Shown piece after piece: positions 27,254 to 35,900 of a stretch of DNA of 56,635 bases; the stretch's first letter is position 1; each line of letters opens with the position of its first letter. The notes below the pieces were generated by a model. It saw nothing but the letters and a program-made list of their open reading frames with translations. It was not told where the DNA came from and did not search any database. The stretch is from a virus. Its lineage: Duplodnaviria; Caudoviricetes. The DNA lies in IMG/VR virus record IMGVR_UViG_3300034356_000821, positions 1 through 56,635 of that record; one strand, 5' to 3'. The position numbers and the translations under genes were made by a program.

Positions 27254-27702
27254 ATATAATCACCATTGTTATAGCCATTGCCGCCTTCTTAGGTGGCTTT
27301 GCTGTTCAGGGATGGAGAATGAAATCAACCATTGCTGAAATTGAAGCAACTAATGTTGCTGCTGTAGTGGCTGCAACAACCGCAGTGGCTGAAGAGGCTG
27401 CTCGTTTACAAGGACAAAAAGATGATGCTCTCAAAGCTGCTCAACAACAAATTCGTAAGAACACTCTTGCTGCCGATGCTGCTCGTATTGAGCTTCACAG
27501 GGTGCGGGTCGAAGCAAACCGTGCCACCACCGCCATTGTTACAGCTACCTGCCCCGCCGTTAGAGACTACGCCACAACCTCAACGTCCGTATTCGGAGAG
27601 TGTACAGTTGCTCTTGAAGAAATGGCAAGACTCGCTGACGGACACGCAGTTGATGCAAAAGCCTTGAGAGATGCTTGGCCTACAACCAAGGAAACAAAAT
27701 GA
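27250..27702 (+). CDS. Rz: i-spanin
   Basis: N-terminal TM with VQGWR; Ala-rich coiled coil; two Cys. Confidence 0.85.
   Translation: MNIITIVIAIAAFLGGFAVQGWRMKSTIAEIEATNVAAVVAATTAVAEEAARLQGQKDDALKAAQQQIRKNTLAADAARIELHRVRVEANRATTAIVTATCPAVRDYATTSTSVFGECTVALEEMARLADGHAVDAKALRDAWPTTKETK
27422..27667 (+). CDS. Rz1: o-spanin lipoprotein embedded in Rz (+1 frame)
   Basis: FTGC lipobox; Pro-rich mature part; fully nested in Rz. Confidence 0.85.
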   Translation: MMLSKLLNNKFVRTLLLPMLLVLSFTGCGSKQTVPPPPLLQLPAPPLETTPQPQRPYSESVQLLLKKWQDSLTDTQLMQKP

Positions 27703-28169
27703 CAATGCTAACTAACAACTTCTCTTTGCACGAGATGATTAAGAGTGAGACAGCTTCGCGTAGAGATATGGACAATACACCGCATAGCGATGAAGTTGTG
27801 CAGAACTTGACAGTGTTGTGTGAACAAGTGTTGCAGCCTTTGCGTGATGCATATGGTGTTGGTATTAAAGTTAATAGTGGCTATCGTAGCCCTGACGTGA
27901 ATGCTGCTGTCGGTGGTAGTCGCACTAGCGATCACTGCAAAGGACAAGCTGCTGACATTGAGATTCCCGGTGTAGCTAATGCAGACCTTGCACAGTACAT
28001 CGCAGACAACTTTGATTTCACACAACTGATATTGGAGTTTTATACACAGGGTATTCCTGATAGTGGTTGGGTACATGTTTCATATGACAGTAACAATCTC
28101 AAACGACAAGTGATGACAGCGGTTCGCCAAAATGGTAGAACTGTTTATCTCCAAGGTTTGGTAGCTTAA
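27699..28169 (+). CDS. Endolysin, peptidase M15A
   Basis: SGYRS..VN..VGG...SDHCKGQAADI, WVHVS. Confidence 0.92.
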   Translation: MTMLTNNFSLHEMIKSETASRRDMDNTPHSDEVVQNLTVLCEQVLQPLRDAYGVGIKVNSGYRSPDVNAAVGGSRTSDHCKGQAADIEIPGVANADLAQYIADNFDFTQLILEFYTQGIPDSGWVHVSYDSNNLKRQVMTAVRQNGRTVYLQGLVA

Positions 28170-28180
28170 AAAGGTAAGAC

Positions 28181-30817
28181 ATGGCTGAAAACTTTACAGC
28201 AAAACAAAAAGAAATCGTAGCACGTAAGATGGGCTATGACGGTCCTATGCAGGGCTTTGATCAATTCCTTAATTCATCTCCGTCATTAGGCATGCGATAT
28301 TCATCCATCACTTCTAAGTTTGCTGAGCGCATGGCAAAGGGTGGTGTTGTAAAGAAGTTTAATGTTGGTGGCTCTGTCATGTCGCCTGAACAACTTCAAA
28401 GTATTAACGCATTTTTAGCAACCAATCCTTCCCCTCAAGAGTTGGCTGCTGCACAACAACAATATGGTGTGACTGAAGTAGATTTGGCCGCTGCTAGGCA
28501 GCTTAGCGATTCTAGTCAACTAGCTGCTAATCGTGCAGCCGTTCGTGCTGACATGGCTGTAACAGGTGAAGAGTTTCGTATTGCCAACCCCGGTGGTGAT
28601 GTGACAATTCAAGGCACACAACGACCTGCAATGTCTGCCATTCCACAGTCTGAAATTGATGCTGCACGGGCACGCCTGACACCAGAGCAGCAACAGTTTA
28701 TTGATTGGAAGATGAAACAGATTGATCCAATTCAGCAGGGAACAATTGGCGACCAGTTTGCCCGTAGTGGGGTCAACCCATATCTGGATGCAGCAGGAGC
28801 GCAGACACAGATTGACCGTGCCACAAGTCGTGAGGCGGCGTTTCAGCAGGCTGGTGTTACACCAGAAACTAACCTACGCCCGTGGACAACGGCATCAACT
28901 ACAACTCCAGCAGCCAACACAACAACAGCATCAAGAACAGTTGTTGGCGGTGGCAATACAACTACTACACCTTCTCCATTTGTGATTGGCGGTGGCAATC
29001 CAACACCTTCAACAACAGTTGGCCCCGGCCCTATAACACCTTCACAGGTTGGTAATACTCCCGGCTTGGGTGCAGGTGGTATCGGTGTTAACGTTGGCAC
29101 CACAGGCACTACAGGTACAACAGGCACAACAGGCACCACAGGCACCACAGGCACCACAGGCACCACAGGTACAACACCCACCACAGTCACTGCGCCCGAT
29201 GGACCAGTTATGGGTGCTACACCAACCTACACAGCAGCACAAACTGCCACTACTGGTTTGGGAGCACAGGCTACTACTATTGCTCCCATTACTACAGCCA
29301 CTGCTGCTGCTCCTGTTGAAGCGGCAGGTGTCACTGCTCCTGCTCCAATTGTTGCACCAACTGTCACTGCTGCACAATCTGCTCCCGGTGTTAGTCAAGC
29401 GGTGTCGGGTGTAACTGCTGAGCAAGGTACGTTGTCACAACAAGCGCAGGTAACAGCGGCTCAACAAGACCCACGTACAACTGCTGTTTCTACTCTCACT
29501 GCTGCACAGGGTGAAGCTGCTCAGGTTGCTGCTCCTGCTGTTCGTACAGCGCAGGCTGGTGAGATGGTGTCTGGTTCAGCCGTTGACATGGGTAGGGTTG
29601 ATACAGAACTTGCAAAGACACAGGCTGCTCAGGGTGTTGTCACTGAAGAGATGACAGTGCAGGGTCAGTTGAACAAACTCACTAAAGACTTTGACGCTGG
29701 CAATCCACCACCTTGGGCTGCTGCGTCCATGAGGGCGGCTACAGCACAGCTTGCTGCCCGTGGCCTTGGTGCTAGTAGCCTAGCTGGTCAAGCCATCATT
29801 CAAGCCACGCTAGAGGCTGCTACACCCATTGCTGCTGCTGACGCTAAAGTGTTTGAGACAATGGGGTTGCAGAACTTGTCCAACCGTCAGCAAATTGCTG
29901 TGCTTGTTGGTCAACAACGTGCTCAGTTTCTTAGTCAAGAGTTTGATCAAAACTTTCAGTCTCGTGTTATCAATGCTGCAAAGATTAGTGACATTGCTAA
30001 CAAGAACTTTGATGCTACAGTTACTATTGCTTTGGAGAACGCTAGGCTTGCCAACACAATGAACCTTGCCAATCTTTCGTCAAAGAACGCATTGATCTTG
30101 GAGGAGGCTGCTGCCATGTCTCGCTTGGAGACACAGAACCTGAACAACCGTCAACAGGCTGCTGTTCAGAATGCTCAGAACTTCTTACAGATTGATATGA
30201 AGAACTTGGAGAATCGTCAACAGACATCAATCTTCAAGGCACAGGCCATTGTTAATTCGTTAGTGAGTGATGCTGGTTTTGAGAATGCTACACGAGCAAC
30301 CAATGCCAGCAATAAACTAGAAGCTGATAAAATCTCTGCAACATTGGCACTCACGGCTCAACAGTTTTCAGCGTCTGAGAAGAACAAGCTTGCTGTTGCC
30401 AACATGGATGCAGCCAATGAGCTTATTAAATTTAATGCTCAAGAAGCTAATGACAGAGCAGACTTCAATAATAAAATGTCTGCGGAGATTAACGTAGCTA
30501 ATGCTAGAATATTAGCTGAAGTGTCTACAGCCAACACCGCTGCTGTCAACGCAGCCAATGCTCTTAATGCTAAGAACGCCACAGACTTGACAGCAGCACA
30601 GTATGCACAGCAGAGTCAGACCTATCGTGACTTGCTTGAGATGTCTTGGAAGACTGGTGAAAGTGGTAAAGATCGTATTGTTAATTTGGCAATTGCTTCT
30701 ATCGCAAGAGATGTTCAGAATATTAAAAGTGATAGTGAAAACAGTTCGGCTTGGGGTAAGTTATTCATTGAAGGTGTAAAGAACTGGGACACCCTGAAAA
30801 ACATCATTAGTGGATAA
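28181..30817 (+). CDS. Internal virion / ejection protein
   Basis: MAKGG and FNVGG near the N-terminus; Thr/Pro linker; Asn/Gln/Ala-rich helical repeats. Confidence 0.8.
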   Translation: MAENFTAKQKEIVARKMGYDGPMQGFDQFLNSSPSLGMRYSSITSKFAERMAKGGVVKKFNVGGSVMSPEQLQSINAFLATNPSPQELAAAQQQYGVTEVDLAAARQLSDSSQLAANRAAVRADMAVTGEEFRIANPGGDVTIQGTQRPAMSAIPQSEIDAARARLTPEQQQFIDWKMKQIDPIQQGTIGDQFARSGVNPYLDAAGAQTQIDRATSREAAFQQAGVTPETNLRPWTTASTTTPAANTTTASRTVVGGGNTTTTPSPFVIGGGNPTPSTTVGPGPITPSQVGNTPGLGAGGIGVNVGTTGTTGTTGTTGTTGTTGTTGTTGTTPTTVTAPDGPVMGATPTYTAAQTATTGLGAQATTIAPITTATAAAPVEAAGVTAPAPIVAPTVTAAQSAPGVSQAVSGVTAEQGTLSQQAQVTAAQQDPRTTAVSTLTAAQGEAAQVAAPAVRTAQAGEMVSGSAVDMGRVDTELAKTQAAQGVVTEEMTVQGQLNKLTKDFDAGNPPPWAAASMRAATAQLAARGLGASSLAGQAIIQATLEAATPIAAADAKVFETMGLQNLSNRQQIAVLVGQQRAQFLSQEFDQNFQSRVINAAKISDIANKNFDATVTIALENARLANTMNLANLSSKNALILEEAAAMSRLETQNLNNRQQAAVQNAQNFLQIDMKNLENRQQTSIFKAQAIVNSLVSDAGFENATRATNASNKLEADKISATLALTAQQFSASEKNKLAVANMDAANELIKFNAQEANDRADFNNKMSAEINVANARILAEVSTANTAAVNAANALNAKNATDLTAAQYAQQSQTYRDLLEMSWKTGESGKDRIVNLAIASIARDVQNIKSDSENSSAWGKLFIEGVKNWDTLKNIISG
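29096..29176 (+). repeat. 9-nt tandem repeat x9 encoding (Gly-Thr-Thr)9
   Basis: GGCACCACA-type units counted directly. Confidence 0.9.
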
Positions 30818-30826
30818 AGGAAATAT

Positions 30827-31027
30827 ATGCAACACATTAAAAATTATATGAATAAAATTGAAGATTTAATTTCTTCAAGAGAAAAAGAAGCCAAGAAAAC
30901 AAAAGAAGTTAAGGGACTTCTGACACCAGTAAAGTCTTCAACACCTTCTCAAAAAACTGAGTTGGATATTGTTGCCAGCTTTGTTCAAAGTATTCGACAA
31001 ACCCGAGAGGAAATGAATAATGGCTAA
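30827..31027 (+). CDS. Small internal virion protein
   Basis: AAGGA RBS; within the ejection cluster. Confidence 0.7.
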   Translation: MQHIKNYMNKIEDLISSREKEAKKTKEVKGLLTPVKSSTPSQKTELDIVASFVQSIRQTREEMNNG

Positions 31028-31511
31028 TCTTAGTCCCCTTGATGTTATTAAACCTGTACCACCCGGTATCTCGTGGACAGCAGAACCACGTAGTCGTCCT
31101 TGGTCTACACCACCTAAATTTGTTACAGTGAATGATGTTGCTCAAGGATACGTCAACAATCTGTCGTCTGCTAATATGGTTAACTCCACTCTCGACGCAA
31201 TTGAGACTGGTGTGCCGTTGGCCGCATTAGCTAATGGAATGATGTTGTCCGGTGTAGCTTCTGGTATTCATACGATTGATACAGGCATCTTAGTAACTCC
31301 AGTTATTATTGAAATGTTGAAGACGATTGCTGAGATTCATGGTATTAAATATCAAGTATTTGAAGAGGATGAAGATGCTGGTATTATTCCTGATCGCGTA
31401 GCGAAACAGGCAATGAAGAAAGCTTCGTCTGTTGTTGAAGAAGTTGTTGAACCTAAAGTAGAGCTTTTAGGGTTGATGGCTCGTAATCCTAAAAAGATGG
31501 AGAGTATGTAA
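31020..31511 (+). CDS. Internal virion protein
   Basis: PGISWT...PW..PP motif; C-terminal GLMAR. Confidence 0.75.
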   Translation: MANLSPLDVIKPVPPGISWTAEPRSRPWSTPPKFVTVNDVAQGYVNNLSSANMVNSTLDAIETGVPLAALANGMMLSGVASGIHTIDTGILVTPVIIEMLKTIAEIHGIKYQVFEEDEDAGIIPDRVAKQAMKKASSVVEEVVEPKVELLGLMARNPKKMESM

Positions 31512-32908
31512 TGGGATTTAAATTTAGCTCATTTGCGGCTGGTGCCGCTGAAGCTGTTGTAGATACTCTCAAAAAAGATGAAGAAGAAGCATCTAAGGTC
31601 GGAGTGTATGGTGTTAAAGCACTCAAAGAAAACTACGACAAGGTGATGGCTGATAATCGAAAGCTTGAGAACGAAGTGTCTGAAAACATCAAAGCTTTGC
31701 GAACGTTTGATAGCACAGCCACCGAAGCTGAACTGTTTGCTGCTGCTACTAACAAGACTTATATGTCTATGGCGGTTGAAGCAGCCAAGAGTAATCCTGC
31801 AACATTTAAAGTTGGTGATGTAGTTAAGATTAAAGAAGATAATGTATCTAATTTAACAGCTATGGATATGCTGAAAGCGTATACAGAAATTCCTGCGGTG
31901 TCTGAGTCTGCTCGACGGGCTGAAGGTGTTACTGTTAATAAAGACATGAACTTCTTCGATAGGATTAGAAAGGGTGCGAGTGATCGTGCAGGTACTAAAG
32001 CCGAAGAACAAACCGCAAAAGCTATGGGTGTTTCTATTGAACAGCTTCGTGGTGCTAGTGAGTTTAAACGACCTGCACTTAACACTGGTGCTGAGTTTGA
32101 TATGGCTAAGTTTCAGAAAGAGAAAGGCTACGACGAGCGTGAAAAAGACGCTAAGCTTGCTTTGTTGAAAGCTGAACAGAGTGGTGATGCTAAAGCTATT
32201 GGTGTTGCCAAAGCTGACATTATGATATTCGGTAAGATTAAAGAAACACTGACATCTGAACAACAACAGTTTGCTAACAAAACTGCTGACATTAAGAATC
32301 GTTATATGTTTGGTAGTCCTGAAGAACGTAAAGCAGCTAAGCCTGAATACGACAAACTCATGGCTGATGTCCGTGCTGAAGCATTGGCTAAGAAGGTTAC
32401 TAAAGACGGTGAGGGTGAAGGTAAGATTCCAGCATTGGGTACATTGAATACCTTTACGTCTGCTTCTGTTGCCCGTGCTGTTGCAGCTAAGCATGGTGAC
32501 TTGATTAAGACTAAGCAGCTTGCTATTGTTGAGAAGGCTGACGGTAGTGTTGGCATTGACTACATTGGTGACAATGAAACTCTTCGTCGTCAAATCTTGG
32601 AGACACAGGCCACCGCAGCGAAGAACGCCTTGTCGTTGTATACAGACGCTAAGGGTCAACCATTTAACCGCGATGTTGCATCTGTGTTGAACTCCTACAC
32701 ATCTATTGTTCCTTCTGTTGTTAGAACAGATGGTAGTGCTACACCTGCTGCTGCTGGACCACAACCTACTGCAAAGCCTACAGCGTCTACACCTGCTGCA
32801 AAATCCACATCGACAATACCTGCTCCTAAGACCAAAGCAGAGTATGATGCTCTGCCACCGGGTACACGTTACATCGATATAGATGGTAAGACAAAAGACA
32901 AAAGCTAA
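31511..32908 (+). CDS. Internal virion / ejection protein
   Basis: Amphipathic N-terminus; C-terminal EYDALPPGTRYID..G mini-domain. Confidence 0.75.
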   Translation: MGFKFSSFAAGAAEAVVDTLKKDEEEASKVGVYGVKALKENYDKVMADNRKLENEVSENIKALRTFDSTATEAELFAAATNKTYMSMAVEAAKSNPATFKVGDVVKIKEDNVSNLTAMDMLKAYTEIPAVSESARRAEGVTVNKDMNFFDRIRKGASDRAGTKAEEQTAKAMGVSIEQLRGASEFKRPALNTGAEFDMAKFQKEKGYDEREKDAKLALLKAEQSGDAKAIGVAKADIMIFGKIKETLTSEQQQFANKTADIKNRYMFGSPEERKAAKPEYDKLMADVRAEALAKKVTKDGEGEGKIPALGTLNTFTSASVARAVAAKHGDLIKTKQLAIVEKADGSVGIDYIGDNETLRRQILETQATAAKNALSLYTDAKGQPFNRDVASVLNSYTSIVPSVVRTDGSATPAAAGPQPTAKPTASTPAAKSTSTIPAPKTKAEYDALPPGTRYIDIDGKTKDKS

Positions 32909-32918
32909 AGGATAAATA

Positions 32919-35900
32919 ATGGCGTTTGGTATTAACGACAAAGAAGTTTCTACAGGCTTTGGGGCCAATGATAAAGTTGTGAGTGGTGGTTTTGGTGCAA
33001 ACGATGCTGTTGTTTCTAAGCCAACACCACAGTCTGAAGTAGACCTGACTAAGCCTGCCTTTGCTGCACCACGTCAACGTGCTACAGAGTTAAAGAAGGC
33101 TCAAGCTGTTGCCATCTCAGGTCGAGATGAAAAGAATGAAGGTCTTACTTGGAACGACCTCACAACCAATCCTAGCCTTCAAGACATTCAGAAACAGTTT
33201 CTGGAGATTCGTACAGGCAAGAAAGCTGAAGGTATTAGCGGCGTAGAGTTGTCAAATCAATTCATGTCTAGTGCTCGTGCTGATGAATGGAACACCTTCA
33301 GTAACATTGCATATTTGAATCAACTTCGTAACTCTCCGTTGCCTGACAAAGAGAAGTTGGCATTGGGTAAGCTTGTGTTTGAACGAACAAAGAGTGCATT
33401 GGAAGAAGGTGGTCAACCCGGTGCTCGTCCATATGTTGATGCAGTGACATCAGCCTTCACAGACTTGTCCAACTATGTTGGTCTTGGTGTTGGTGCTGGT
33501 TTGAAGAAGGGTGTTGCTAAAGAAGTAACCAAAGCTGCCACTCGCGCAGCATTGGGTGAGGTGGCTGAGACAGGTGTCAAAGCTAAGCTTGCTCAAGCTA
33601 TGACCGTTACACCCCTGAAGGCTGGTCTTGGTGTTGTAGGCACCGAAGCTGTCATTGGTGGTGGTCAAGCTGCTGTCGAACAGAAGGCGCAGGTTGCTAC
33701 ATCAAAGGTATTGGCTGAACAACGTCCCGATCTTGGTGTTGCTCCTAAAGAGTTTGACGACACTGCTGTTGCTGTTGCTGCATTGTTCTCTGCTGCCTTC
33801 GGTGGTGTTGAGGCCGTTGGTATTATGAAAGCTAAAGGCGGTAAGTCTGGTGCTGAACAACTCAATGATGTTCTCAAAGACAAGATTAAAACTTCAACAG
33901 ACCCTAACGCACCACCCACAAAGGTTGAACGTGTACTGACCGATCCTGTTGCACAAAATATGGACAAGGTTGTTGAAGAGTTCATGAATATTCAAGGTCG
34001 TCAGGTTTTGAATGAGGTCAATCCAGCAACAGCATTAACTGATGCAAAGATTCAGAAAGACTTGTCTGCTCGTGCTGTACGTGTAGCGTTGCACGTCATT
34101 GAACAAGACCCCACATTCCGTCTGCGTCCTAACCAGAAGACAAGCACAGCCATTGCTGAAGTGTTCTCTCAACTGGATACCATTGACGATGCGTTGCTTG
34201 AACAGGCCATTCGCAAGGAAGGGTTGACTCCTGATCAATTCGCTGCTGCTAACAAGCTGACAGTTACAGAGGCTGCTCAGGTGATGCAGCAATACTCTGC
34301 TGCTTCAAAGGTGTTGAAGCGCATGTCAGAGATTGATCCAGAATTCAAGAAGCAAGTTGATGCTTTGTTTGAAAAGCCTGATGAATATGTATCAGCACTT
34401 GGTCGCTTGGGTCAGGGTATTCAGACACTTGAGCGTGAATCAAAGGCTTGGATTGTTTCAGGCATTGGCACCACTGTCCGTAACGTCATTGGCACATCTA
34501 TTGGTCTGACATACAACTCTGCTGCTTCATTGATTGAAGGCGCTTTGTACACTGTCGGTAGAACACTGGATGGTGCTGCCAGCGGTAAGCGTATTGAAAC
34601 TGCAAAGAACAGTTTGGGCGACACCATGCGTGATGCATTCGGTGTGTATGGCTACATGGCTAAGGGTGGTTTGTCTACAGAGGTCACTGACACTTTGTTG
34701 CAACACAACCCCGCCATTCGTAACAACATATTGAGCGCAACACAGGAAAGTTCCACTAAGGAAATCTCTAAAGCTGCACAGGTCTTCAACAGCTTGAACG
34801 TAGCACAGGATGCTTTCTTCCGTAAAGCCATATTTAACGCTTCGGTTGAGAAGCATATGCGCCGTGCTGGTCTTGATATGTATGAGGTCATTGCTGAAGG
34901 TAAGACAATTCCCGCATCGGTCTTGAAAGAAGCTGCTGATGAAACGTTGAAGGCTACGTTCTCCTACACACCAAAGGCACAGAAGAAGGGTATTCAAACC
35001 TTTGAGGCTGGTGCTGAAGCTGCTGGTAACTTGTTCGTTAAAGCTGCTGAGTTCCCCGGTGGTAGCTTGCTTGCTACATTCCCACGCTTCATGTCGAACG
35101 CCATTGCTTTCCAATATCGATACAGCGTGTTCGGTGCTATATCGGGTGCTGAAGACTTGGCTCAGGGTGCATTAATGAAGGCTGCTGGTTCTTCTGGTGG
35201 TGAAGCTCTCATCCGTAAAGGACAACAGAACATTGCCAAGGGTGTTGTTGGTACTGCTGCATTGGCTGCTGCCTATGACTACCGCATGAACAACCAAGAC
35301 ACTGAATGGTACAACATGAAGAACGACGATGGTTCTACTGTTGACACTCGTGCCATCTTCCCATTGGGTCCAACACTGGCTGTTGCTGACTTCATGGCTA
35401 AGCGTAAACTTGGTCTTGAACCAAAGACTGCCGAGGCATTGGAAGCCGTTGTTGGTATGAAGATGCCTGCTGGCACACAGAACCAATTCCTTGATCAAGT
35501 GTTTGCTGCGTTCTCTTCTGAGAAAGAAGCTGATAAGTTGGAAGTGGCTGTTGGTAAAGTTCTTGGTGACTTCACTGCACGTTTTGCTCAACCGTTTGTG
35601 TTTAAGAGCGCTTACGAATTCTTAGATTTGTTCCGTGAGGAAGGCGCTATTCAGCGTGACCCTAATGTGTTGACTGCTGAAGGTGGTGGTGGTCGCTTGG
35701 TTGAAGCTGCTGTCAATCGTGTGCAGTCTAAGTTGCCTGTGCTGAAAGAAGATTTGCCTGAAGCAATCCCTCGTTTGCGTGAAGGACCAGTATATAAAGA
35801 AGGTGAATTCTTTTATAGCTTGGTTGGTGTTAGAGAAACTCCCAATAAGACTCCTGCTGAGAAAGAGATTGTTCGTCTTGGCATTGACCCTTTCAAACTG

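Noticed and set aside
29096-29176. CRISPR array or DGR repeat
   Set aside because: In-frame 9-nt coding repeat with no spacers; no cas or reverse transcriptase gene in the window
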